In this document: positions 32,951-41,975 of the stretch, piece after piece
How positions within the stretch are numbered: position 1 is the first letter of the stretch
How the letters are laid out: the number at the start of each line of letters is the position of its first letter
NCBI GenBank assembly: GCA_964035575.1
Contig: OZ037835.1
Span: 1,860,001 to 1,924,000, forward strand
Origin: Rhynchopus sp. YZ270_cl-10
Lineage: Eukaryota
Reading direction: 5' to 3'
DNA: 64,000 nucleotides
The notes under the pieces: generated by a model
The model's database searches: none
What the model saw: only the letters and a program-made list of their open reading frames with translations
Told to the model about the DNA's origin: nothing
Translations under genes and position numbers: made by a program

Positions 32951-32987
32951 GGGAAGAAGGACGGCGGCGGGGGGCAGCCTCGACGCG

Positions 32988-35900
32988 ATGTGCGGAGGGG
33001 CAGGTGGCCAAGGGGGGGAAAAGGGGGTGCTGCAGAAATACCTGAGGGGCTTCGACATGCGGGTAAAGGACGCAGGGGGGAACGGAGACTGCCAATTTAA
33101 GGCGGTCTCGATGGCTGTGCACGGAGACGCCACGGCGCACGGGGGGCTGAGGGAGATGGCGGTGGGGGTGTTGGAACGGGAAGCGGAGAATTGGGGTGAG
33201 CACGTTGACGGAGGACCGTCCGCCTACCGGAGGTACTGCTCGGCGATGGCGAAGCAGGGGTCCTGGGGGGACCACCTGACCCTGAAGGCGTTGGCGGAGG
33301 TGCTGATGCGGGAGGTGTATGCCTTCTCGGTGAAGGATGGGGAGGTGCGTGTGCTGAAGGTGCACCCGAAGGAGAAGGGCAGCGGTGCAGCGGTGACGGT
33401 GGCGTACGTGGACGCATGCCACTACCTGTGCGTCCTCCCCACGAGCACGGGGGAAGAAGCCGCCGAAGACCGGGCCCGCAAGGCGATGGTGGGGGGTGCG
33501 TTGGAGGTGACGGAGAAGCCGTACACCGTGCCGCAACCGCGAAACGATGCGAAGGCGGGGACGGAGGGGGGCTTCACCCAGGGGGGAGGGAAAAAGAAGA
33601 CGACGGCAGCGCTGACATTGCTGCAATCGGAGTGGGTGGGATCGACGCTTGTGCCGTGGGGGGAGGTGGTGGATAAGTCGGAGGGGGTCTGTCTTGTGCC
33701 GCAGGGTAGAGAGGTAGAGGCAGAGGGGAAGATCGCGCGCACGCCGGGCGTGACGTGGGTGGGTTTCGGGTCCTTCCCGAAGTCTGGTGGGGAGAAGATG
33801 CAGTGCCCCATGGGTAAGCAGGGGAATGGGGGGAAGGTGAACGGGGCGGCGAGCACGGCCGTGTACGTGGTGGGGAGGCTGAGGCCGGGGAGAGGAAACG
33901 GGGGGAAGAAGGCGTCGGCGGCCGTCCAACTGGTGACGGTGTTTGTGACGATGAGGCCGACAGCAGGACAAGCGCAGGACCTGGTGTCAGCGGGGAAGAA
34001 GATGCGTGCGGAGGTGGGGTGCAACCTCAACCGCCCACCATTGTGGCAGGAGGGTAAGCTGATCTCCTCGGTGGCCGACGTAAGGGAGGACGTAGCAGAG
34101 CGCTGCCTGAAGCAGAGTGGGAAGGGGGGTGTCTTCTTCCGGATGAGACGCGAGCAGTCGGAGCATCTGCCTGTCGTGTGGTTGGTGGACGGGGTGGGGC
34201 TAGAAGAGGCCCAGGGGCTGGCGACCCGGATGGGGGGATGGGGAGTGGCGGCGAGGTACGAGTCCCTGGGGATACGGGTGAAGAAGGAGGATCAGGAGCG
34301 TGCAAATGCGGCACTCATGCAGGAGGGAAAGGCGCCCGAAGGTCGATACGTGGTGTCCGGTTTCCCGTCGGGTACGTCCGGTGAAGCGGTGATGGAGTCG
34401 CTGGCAGGCGCAGGGTGGACGGTGACGCCGCTGCGGAGGCTGGAGGGATGGCGTTGGGTGGTGGGAGCGAAGCTGGATCCGCCGACGTGGGCCATGGACA
34501 TGGAGGGGAACGGGAAGGGGCTGCTGATCCGCAAGGATGGGCATAAGGAGGGCGGGGGTAGGGCAACGGCTCCGGGTCCGGGGGCGAAACAGAAGGCCAA
34601 GGTACATACCGCACATGCGTCTGGTCCGACATTTGGTGCCCGGACGGCGCCGGCGGCGACAGCGCAGCACAACCGTGGCACTGGGCCCGACTACGGTTGG
34701 GTGTCCTGGGCTGCGCACGCACGCCAAGCAGCAACAGCGCCAGCTGCAGCGAAGCCACCCACTACCACATCAAGGACACCTCCACCAACAACAACAACAA
34801 CAACGAAGCAACGGACGCCGAAGGGTCAACCCCCAATGACGTCGCCCGCCCCATCACCTGAGGACGCAGGCGAGAAGTGGGCGGAGTTGGAGCGCCGGAT
34901 GGAGGAGAGGTTGGACCGCCTGGTGGGCGAGCGCCTCCAGACCCTGCTGCAGGAGACGGTGGCGTCGCTGACGGCCCAGTTGCGGGAAGAACGGGTGGAG
35001 CAACGGAAGGAGCAGCAGGTGTGGATGGCGGCCATGCTGGAGCAAGTGGGCAAGCTCTGTTCCATGCCGAAGGAGGCCACGGCTGCTGCGAGAGAGGACG
35101 CCGCTGCTGCTGCTGCAGCCCTGAGGCAGGAGGAGGAGGAGGCGAAGGCCGCCGCCGCTGCAGCCCTGAGGCAGCGTGAGGAGGAGGCGAAGGCCGCTGC
35201 TGCTGCAGTCCTCAAGCAGCGTGAGGAGGAGGTGAAGGCCGCTGCTGCTGCAGCCCTGAGGCAGGAGGAGGAGGAGGCGAAGGCCGCCGCCGCTGCAGCC
35301 CTGAGGCAGCGTGAGGAGGAGGCGAAGGCCGCTGCTGCTGCAGTCCTCAAGCAGCGTGAGGAAGAGGTGAAGGCCGCCGCTGCTGCAGCCCTGAGGCAGC
35401 GTGAGGAGGAGGCGAAGGCCGCCGCTGCTGCAGCCCTCAAGCAGCGCGAGGAGGAGGTGAAGGCCGCTGCTGCTGCAGCCCTGAGGCAGCGTGAGGAGGA
35501 GGTGAAGGCCGCCGCTGCTGCAGTCCTCAAGCAGCGTGAGGAGGAGGTGAAGGCCGCTGCTGCTGCAGCCCTGAGGCAGGAGGAGGAGGTCGCCGCTGCC
35601 GCAGCCCTCAAGCAGCGCGAGGAGGAGGTGAAGGCCGCTGCTGCTGCAGCCCTGAGGCAGGAGGAGGAGGTCGCCGCTGCCGCAGCCCTCAAGCAGCGCG
35701 AGGAGGAGGTGAAGGCCGCTGCTGCTGCAGCCCTGAGGCAGCGTGAGGAGGAGGCGAAGGCCGCCGCTGCTGCAGCCCTCAAGCAGCGCGAGGAGGAGGT
35801 GAAGGCCGCTGCTGCTGCAGCCCTGAGGCAGCGTGAGGAGGAGGAGAAGGCCGCCGCTGCTGCAGTCCTCAAGCAGCGTGAGGAAGCCGACGCTGCTGCT

Positions 35901-36968
35901 GCAATCCTCTGGCAGCAGGAGGAGGAAGCCGCCGCCGCCGCTGCTGCAGTTGCTGCTGAGAACGCCAGGCAGCGCGAGGGGGAGGCTGCTGCTACTACGG
36001 CCCCGACTGTCGCAGTGCCCACTGCAGCGCCCACAACACCCGAGATGCAGATGGCGGATGAATTGTTGGACACACTCCCAGACGGGAATGCCGAGGACGT
36101 GATGTCACCGGAGCCCGCAACGATGGCAGGTAAGCGGATACGTGCGGGAAATGGGTCCAGTGAGGTTGAGGAGCTGAGCCCGCGCCGCAGGAGAAGGAGG
36201 GCTGACACCATCCGTGGAAAGCCGGGGGTAGTCGTAGAAGTCGCCGAAGCACGGAACCGGTCGCGGTCAGCACCGCCCAGGGACACATCGCCGACTGCGG
36301 ACGTTGCTGGCGCCGGTGATGTGGAGGTAGTGGTGGCGTCCCCGAAGAAGAAGAAGAAACGCAGGAACATTGTGGCCGCTGAGAAACGACGGGAGGCACT
36401 ACGGGCAGCACAGGAAGAAGCGGCGGCAAAGAAGGAGAGACGTGCTGCAGCAGTGCAGGCACAACGTGAGCAGGAGCAAGGGGAGAACGCCGGCGCAGGG
36501 ACCCCCGCACCCACGACACCAGACGCCGAGGCACGGATGGACGACGCCGACATGGCACTGCCGGTGCAGACATCGCCAGACTGTGCGGCTGTCGAGGAGG
36601 ACGCGGAGTCCTCGCCAGCTCCCAGAGTGCCGGTGGCGCCACCTGCCGTGACCCTGGCGGGCAAGCGGGAAGACCGCAGTGAGTCCGGTGAGACGGTGGC
36701 GCTGCTGAGTCCGCCGCGCAGGATGCGGACGGAAGTCCCCGCAAAAGAGCAGGCGGAGGGGAACGAGAAGAACGAGGAGTCGTACGGGAACGCAGTGCTG
36801 GAGGCTGGCGACTCCATGGAGTACTGCGAGGAGGGAGGCAACGGCGCAGCCATCCCGGTGACTGTCGTGAAGGTAGCGGGGGACGTCATCGAGATCGCGT
36901 TTCGTCCCGTCCAGGGACTAGACAACAGGTTGGTAGGCCGCAACACCCTGCGCGATGTGGGGCGGTGA
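32988..36968 (+). CDS. Element B ORF1 (1326 aa from first ATG): OTU-like cysteine protease, conserved core, 15-aa Ala/Glu repeats
   Basis: OTU motifs GNGDCQFKAVS, SWGDHLTLKALA and AYVDACHY. About 18 copies of LRQREEEAKAAAAAA. Confidence 0.85.
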   Translation: MCGGAGGQGGEKGVLQKYLRGFDMRVKDAGGNGDCQFKAVSMAVHGDATAHGGLREMAVGVLEREAENWGEHVDGGPSAYRRYCSAMAKQGSWGDHLTLKALAEVLMREVYAFSVKDGEVRVLKVHPKEKGSGAAVTVAYVDACHYLCVLPTSTGEEAAEDRARKAMVGGALEVTEKPYTVPQPRNDAKAGTEGGFTQGGGKKKTTAALTLLQSEWVGSTLVPWGEVVDKSEGVCLVPQGREVEAEGKIARTPGVTWVGFGSFPKSGGEKMQCPMGKQGNGGKVNGAASTAVYVVGRLRPGRGNGGKKASAAVQLVTVFVTMRPTAGQAQDLVSAGKKMRAEVGCNLNRPPLWQEGKLISSVADVREDVAERCLKQSGKGGVFFRMRREQSEHLPVVWLVDGVGLEEAQGLATRMGGWGVAARYESLGIRVKKEDQERANAALMQEGKAPEGRYVVSGFPSGTSGEAVMESLAGAGWTVTPLRRLEGWRWVVGAKLDPPTWAMDMEGNGKGLLIRKDGHKEGGGRATAPGPGAKQKAKVHTAHASGPTFGARTAPAATAQHNRGTGPDYGWVSWAAHARQAATAPAAAKPPTTTSRTPPPTTTTTTKQRTPKGQPPMTSPAPSPEDAGEKWAELERRMEERLDRLVGERLQTLLQETVASLTAQLREERVEQRKEQQVWMAAMLEQVGKLCSMPKEATAAAREDAAAAAAALRQEEEEAKAAAAAALRQREEEAKAAAAAVLKQREEEVKAAAAAALRQEEEEAKAAAAAALRQREEEAKAAAAAVLKQREEEVKAAAAAALRQREEEAKAAAAAALKQREEEVKAAAAAALRQREEEVKAAAAAVLKQREEEVKAAAAAALRQEEEVAAAAALKQREEEVKAAAAAALRQEEEVAAAAALKQREEEVKAAAAAALRQREEEAKAAAAAALKQREEEVKAAAAAALRQREEEEKAAAAAVLKQREEADAAAAILWQQEEEAAAAAAAVAAENARQREGEAAATTAPTVAVPTAAPTTPEMQMADELLDTLPDGNAEDVMSPEPATMAGKRIRAGNGSSEVEELSPRRRRRRADTIRGKPGVVVEVAEARNRSRSAPPRDTSPTADVAGAGDVEVVVASPKKKKKRRNIVAAEKRREALRAAQEEAAAKKERRAAAVQAQREQEQGENAGAGTPAPTTPDAEARMDDADMALPVQTSPDCAAVEEDAESSPAPRVPVAPPAVTLAGKREDRSESGETVALLSPPRRMRTEVPAKEQAEGNEKNEESYGNAVLEAGDSMEYCEEGGNGAAIPVTVVKVAGDVIEIAFRPVQGLDNRLVGRNTLRDVGR
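35100..35890 (+). repeat. 45-bp coding tandem repeat (about 18 units, some 39 bp)
   Basis: Variants of ctgaggcagcgtgaggaggaggcgaaggccgccgctgctgcagcc. Confidence 0.9.
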
Positions 36969-39900
36969 CGGTGTGGTGCGGTGGAAGGGTACGGCACAGG
37001 ATTGGCTTCTTCGTGCGTAGTTGGAGAACGAGACGTTTTTGTGAAAACTGTCTCCCCAACAAGGGGTCAGCATCGTTTGCGCTCTGCGGGCTGTATGCTG
37101 TCGGGGACAAGGGGTAAGGGTAGAACGCGAAGGGGGGTGGGGCGAGGGGTCGGACACAGGGTGCGTCGAGGGAGGCGACGAGGGGCGTTTTTGGGCAGGG
37201 GGTCACTGCTGACATGTGGAGACGTGGAGGAGCATCCGGGTCCGTCGACCATGTCGCTTGGCACGGCAAACGTGACGTCTCTGAGGGCACACCCTGCGGT
37301 GGGGGAGTGGGATGTGGACGTTTGTGCTCTGCAGGAGGTGCGCCTCACAGAAGAAGAGATGAAGGGGGCAGCAAACGACGTGAAGGGGTATGGTGCCAAG
37401 CAGCTTCTCTTTGGTGCCCCTTGCAGACGAAGCCAGGGATCAGACCCTCTGCGCACGCGCACGCAGAATGGTGGAGTTGCGATCATGACGTGCGCTGACA
37501 TACCGACCAGAGCAGTACCGCCACAATGTGCCCAACAAGCGTGGAACGAATGCCGCTTTACGCATGCGCAGGTGGCATATGGGAGCGGGGGACGTAACAT
37601 CTCTGTGTTCTCGTTTTATGGTGTGTGTGCTGACAGCGACCGCACGGAGCAACTCCTGACAGGCATCTTTGAAGAAGCAGCCAGCCTTGGGGACATACCG
37701 GTGTTCATTGCCGGAGACTTCAACGTAGAGGCTAACGAAAGTCTAGCCATTCGAGCGGCCATCTCCTCCGGCAAATGGGTTGATGCGGCAGATACCTACG
37801 CACAGCAGTTGGGTAAGGCAGCAGAGAACACATGCTATACCTCCACATCGTCTGGCAGACGTATCGACTTGGTGCTGGCGAACCACGTGGCTGCCCCTGC
37901 GATCTCCAAAGTGGTGGTCTGGAAAGAGAGCTGCCTCCCGGTACACAGACCGGTGGTGTTGACGTTAGACCTGACGCGATACGAGCAGAAGGCACCGCAG
38001 GCACGCCCTCCCCTTTCTTTGATCGGCGACGACTGGACGAAATGGCCGGCGAAGAAGGAGAAGGAGCTTGCAGCGAAGGTGATGCAGGAGAACGCTGCCC
38101 CTGAAGCCGACCTGACGAAGATGTCGGTTGAAGATCGCTGGGCACGCTTCTGCAAGATTGCGGAGGACTACCTGCTGAAGAGAGGTGCTGCAGACTCAGA
38201 CCCGAAGCAACAACGCCACAGGGGGAGAGGGGAGGTGCAACCCGACGTTCTCCGACATCGGACGGCCCGCATGGACTGCGACACGCCGGATGCTGTGAAC
38301 CTGGAGACGGCTCAACTGCAGAAGACATGTCGTCAGATGGAGCAGCTCATTGGTGATCGGAGGAAGCGCTTCGGTCAGCCATCTGCAGAATCGTTGAACG
38401 AACGGCAGCTGTGGGCGAAAATCCGCAAGAAGAAGCATCTACTGAAGAGTGACACCTGGGACCTCGACCTTCCTGGGATAGAGGCGTTGTGTGGGCTCCT
38501 TGGCTGCTTGAAGAAGAGGGGTTTTGTCCTGCTGGAGCAACGGCGTCGGGCCCGCATCAAGGAATGGCGCCGCACAATGAAGGAACACATGAAGGTGAAC
38601 CCAGCGAAGGTGTTCTCGTTCCTGCGGAAGGCTACGTCGTCACACACCACGTTCCTGAAACGGGAGGACGGCACGGTTACAGCTAACCTCCAGGAGATGG
38701 ATGAACTGCTCATGGATGACCGTGCTTGGGGTGGGGTGTTCCGGATGTACGACGATTCCGAAGAACCTGCGTGGACGACGTTCTTTGATAGGTTCAAGGA
38801 ACACATTCCTGAAGGGACCCCTTGTGTATGCGAACCCCTGACCGCCGACGACCTCCGTACGACCATCGGCAAGATGAAGCGGAAAAAGGCGGCAGGCCTC
38901 GATGGGTGGAGGGTGGAGGAGCTGAAGGAACTGCCTTTGACACTGCTGGAGGAACTCGCGCGCTGCCTGAACCTGATCGAGGATACTGGGAACTGGCCCA
39001 GGGTGATTGCGAGGGCGTTGGTGGTGCTCATCCCCAAAGGAGAAGGCGAGGAGCCCCTGAAGCAGCGACCCATTACCATCACCAGTGTGATGTACAGGTT
39101 ATGGGCGGCGACTCGACTCCGCAAAGTGGCGACGTGGCAGGAATCCTGGATTCACGAGCGGCAACACGGCTTCCGGAACAAACACGGAACCGAAGACCTG
39201 CTGTGGTTTCTCTGTGCGAAGATGGAGGAGGCTCTGATAGACGACACACCTATCTATCTAGCCTCCTTCGACTATCAGAAGTGCTTTGACCGTGTTCCCC
39301 AAGAGATCATGTTCCAGCTCGTCGAACGGTTGGGTCTTCCCGACAACATGATGCGCCCCATCCGGGGTATATACAAGAAGCTGGGGAGGCGTTTCAAACT
39401 TCCGGCAGGTCTTGGCAAAGAATGGTTTGCGACGAATGGTATCCTCCAAGGATGCCCACTGAGCGTAATCTTCCTGAATGCGCTGGTGGCGGTGTGGATG
39501 AACGGGGTGGAGAAGGAAACGGGCACGCAGGGGCTGGCGTATGCTGACGACACCAACCTCCTGACGAAGACCCTCGACCAGCTGCGAGCGGGTGTCGCCT
39601 TCACCGGACACTTTGCAGACTTGACGGGACAACGCGTCCACGCGGGGAAGAGCACGTGGCAGAGCAACCGTCCTGATGAAGAGGAAACTGTGCAGATGAA
39701 CGGCGCGGATCTTACTCGCGTCGAGAAGTCGGAGTGCCTGGGGGCGACGGTGCAGGCCCGACAGGCTGGGACGCCCACGCTCCCGACGAAGCTGGAAGAC
39801 ACCATCGACGCATGCGGACCGCTAGCAGGTAAGGTGGGATGCCTCCCGCTGACTCAAGGTGAGAAAGCAGGCATCATGCAGGCTGCAGTGATGTCGAAAT

Positions 39901-41975
39901 CTGTGTACGGTATCACGGTGCAGGACCCACCTGGGAAATACGTGAACAGTCTTGCAACTGCAGTGGAGAAAGGGGTCCACGGCGTGAACAAGATGAACCG
40001 AAGAAGCGTACCGGTCATGCTGAATGTCTTCGAGAAAGGCCATCTGCTCGACCCCTCGGTGGCATTCGACTACAGAAGGATCATGACGTGGGCGGCGATG
40101 ATACGCAAATCGGATGAGATCTGTTTGCTGGTCGAAAAGTGCAGGTCACGTGCGAAAGCGAAGCAGGCGAAGACTGGAGGACCCATCGGGTTGATTGCGC
40201 GAGCCCTCAGCCGCCTTGCGTGGTCATGGATAGACACGACAAAAGTGAAAACGCACGATGGGAGCATCGTTGATGTGAAGACGGTAAGCTTGGGTAGACT
40301 GGGCCACGTTGTGCGAGAACGGATGTTCTTCATTCGACTCTCCCGTACGAAGACGACTGCGAAGGCCAATGGCAAAGGCAGAGCTAACCTGAAGGGTATT
40401 GAAGCGGGGGTGGATAAGGAGAAAACCCTTGCTCTCACCCGAAGCAAAACTTTGACGGATTACGAGGCGGGGACGCTGCGACACATTGTAGCTGACGGTG
40501 CGATAACGGGGGTGCGACTTGCGAGAGCGCGCATACGGGACTCGGCCATCTGCGTGCACTGCGAAGCGGGGGTGGACGAAAATCACAAACACTTGTGGTG
40601 GGAATGTGAAGCATGGAGTAGCATTCGTGCGGAGTACCCCTTGCTGTTGGACATTGACAGAACGACCTGGCCAAACTGTCTCGCTATCTGCGGCATGTGC
40701 ACACCGGACACACCTTTGGAATGCGCCCGTGTTGCAGACCTGCAGAAGATGATGGTGCGCATCCTCATCGCACGCTCCAAGTGGAGCAGACCGGAAGCGG
40801 CGAACCCGCGACTGCAAGAAGACCGATACCCGTGGACGTGGGCGCCGGAGTTGGACACGACGACGCAACACGCGAACAGTTTGGTGGACTACACCCCCCT
40901 GAAAAGGAGGTGGCCGTATGGACGTGCGCTGCTGCTGGCGTTTGCCTCCTGGCTGGGTGGTTTACAATGGAGCGACGAAGCTGGACGTGAAGTCTCCCAC
41001 ATGGAGCTGCTCATCGACTTCGAGGTTGCCACAGGGATGGACATCCGACCTGGGGACAAGACCGGCAGAATAGCGCCGAAGCTGAAGCAGCCGAGGGATG
41101 GGACTGGGGAAGAAGACAACAATGGGGAGGAAGACGACGGGAGTGGGGAAGACGACAATGATGACGACGTGGTGCCAGTAGCGCTGGCCCACAGAGAAAT
41201 GGCGAAGACGACCACCTTTGGGCATATGTTGGCTTCACTCAGAACCTTTTCGGAGAGCTCTCTCCATCCGGGGAAGGTGAAGATAACGCATGTTCTCGCT
41301 TCGTTTGGGGCGAACGCCATCACAGGCATCGACCGCCGTCCTATCTTTGCCGGCGGAGAAGAAACGTTGAAGGCATTGCGTGCGCTATACGATGCTGGTG
41401 TGGCGTACCGGCTGCAACGCAGCTCCGAAGGCATGTCTGAGGTGGAGCTCCGTGGTGGCGATAGAGCGAGAGGTACATGGATGGGGGAGTATTCTGCTGA
41501 GACGGCGTACCCCTCCACAGAAGTTAGGGGCAGGAGGGCACTACCATTCATCCAGCGGGCTGAACAGGAGACATCTGCGCATGCTCGCTACCGGCACCAT
41601 GAGCACGTGCGTCCAGGGGACGCACCCGTGAAGGCACCTGAAGGAGCGGTTCCGATCTTCCAGTTTGCGATATGTGTGCTGCACCGGAAGACGAAGTGTG
41701 ATGCCTGCTCGAAGAACGCCCAGGCAGACCTGATGCATTGCTGCTTTGCGCACCACTCCAACGACGACGGGTTACCGATCCGACACGAAGCGTGCACTAA
41801 GCATAGACTCTCGAGGTGCGGGAACTGTGTGCAAGAGAAGAGTACGCTGGATCACTGCTGCCGCCGCCACCACGACACCTCGAAGGGGCGACAGACGACG
41901 CTGGGAGGCTTCTTCAGGAAGAAGCAGACGAAGCAGAAGGATGGGCACAGCAGGGGCGGTGATGGACTTATGTAA
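36969..41975 (+). CDS. Element B ORF2: 2A-like peptide - APE - RT - Cys/His knuckle - C-terminal tandem Cys/His motif (start undefined; in frame with ORF1)
   Basis: 2A-like: LLTCGDVEEHPGP. APE: TANVTS, ALQE, AGDFN, RIDLVL, HRPV. RT: KAAGLDGW, RPITI, QHGFR, FDYQKCFD, GILQGCPLS, YADD. Knuckle: CVHC...HLWWEC. No RNase H motifs seen. Confidence 0.95.
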   Translation, partial: RCGAVEGYGTGLASSCVVGERDVFVKTVSPTRGQHRLRSAGCMLSGTRGKGRTRRGVGRGVGHRVRRGRRRGAFLGRGSLLTCGDVEEHPGPSTMSLGTANVTSLRAHPAVGEWDVDVCALQEVRLTEEEMKGAANDVKGYGAKQLLFGAPCRRSQGSDPLRTRTQNGGVAIMTCADIPTRAVPPQCAQQAWNECRFTHAQVAYGSGGRNISVFSFYGVCADSDRTEQLLTGIFEEAASLGDIPVFIAGDFNVEANESLAIRAAISSGKWVDAADTYAQQLGKAAENTCYTSTSSGRRIDLVLANHVAAPAISKVVVWKESCLPVHRPVVLTLDLTRYEQKAPQARPPLSLIGDDWTKWPAKKEKELAAKVMQENAAPEADLTKMSVEDRWARFCKIAEDYLLKRGAADSDPKQQRHRGRGEVQPDVLRHRTARMDCDTPDAVNLETAQLQKTCRQMEQLIGDRRKRFGQPSAESLNERQLWAKIRKKKHLLKSDTWDLDLPGIEALCGLLGCLKKRGFVLLEQRRRARIKEWRRTMKEHMKVNPAKVFSFLRKATSSHTTFLKREDGTVTANLQEMDELLMDDRAWGGVFRMYDDSEEPAWTTFFDRFKEHIPEGTPCVCEPLTADDLRTTIGKMKRKKAAGLDGWRVEELKELPLTLLEELARCLNLIEDTGNWPRVIARALVVLIPKGEGEEPLKQRPITITSVMYRLWAATRLRKVATWQESWIHERQHGFRNKHGTEDLLWFLCAKMEEALIDDTPIYLASFDYQKCFDRVPQEIMFQLVERLGLPDNMMRPIRGIYKKLGRRFKLPAGLGKEWFATNGILQGCPLSVIFLNALVAVWMNGVEKETGTQGLAYADDTNLLTKTLDQLRAGVAFTGHFADLTGQRVHAGKSTWQSNRPDEEETVQMNGADLTRVEKSECLGATVQARQAGTPTLPTKLEDTIDACGPLAGKVGCLPLTQGEKAGIMQAAVMSKSVYGITVQDPPGKYVNSLATAVEKGVHGVNKMNRRSVPVMLNVFEKGHLLDPSVAFDYRRIMTWAAMIRKSDEICLLVEKCRSRAKAKQAKTGGPIGLIARALSRLAWSWIDTTKVKTHDGSIVDVKTVSLGRLGHVVRERMFFIRLSRTKTTAKANGKGRANLKGIEAGVDKEKTLALTRSKTLTDYEAGTLRHIVADGAITGVRLARARIRDSAICVHCEAGVDENHKHLWWECEAWSSIRAEYPLLLDIDRTTWPNCLAICGMCTPDTPLECARVADLQKMMVRILIARSKWSRPEAANPRLQEDRYPWTWAPELDTTTQHANSLVDYTPLKRRWPYGRALLLAFASWLGGLQWSDEAGREVSHMELLIDFEVATGMDIRPGDKTGRIAPKLKQPRDGTGEEDNNGEEDDGSGEDDNDDDVVPVALAHREMAKTTTFGHMLASLRTFSESSLHPGKVKITHVLASFGANAITGIDRRPIFAGGEETLKALRALYDAGVAYRLQRSSEGMSEVELRGGDRARGTWMGEYSAETAYPSTEVRGRRALPFIQRAEQETSAHARYRHHEHVRPGDAPVKAPEGAVPIFQFAICVLHRKTKCDACSKNAQADLMHCCFAHHSNDDGLPIRHEACTKHRLSRCGNCVQEKSTLDHCCRRHHDTSKGRQTTLGGFFRKKQTKQKDGHSRGGDGLM

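Noticed and set aside
32657..33440. UBL-OTU fusion protein created by the insertion
   Set aside because: Different frames; the UBL frame stops at 32942-32944.
36966..36968. UGA reassigned to Trp or Sec genome-wide
   Set aside because: Ankyrin paralogues interchange TAA and TGA at the same terminal position, and no long ORF needs other internal UGAs.
34826..36997. 723-aa antisense ORF
   Set aside because: Shadow of the GC-rich, repetitive ORF1; no independent motifs.
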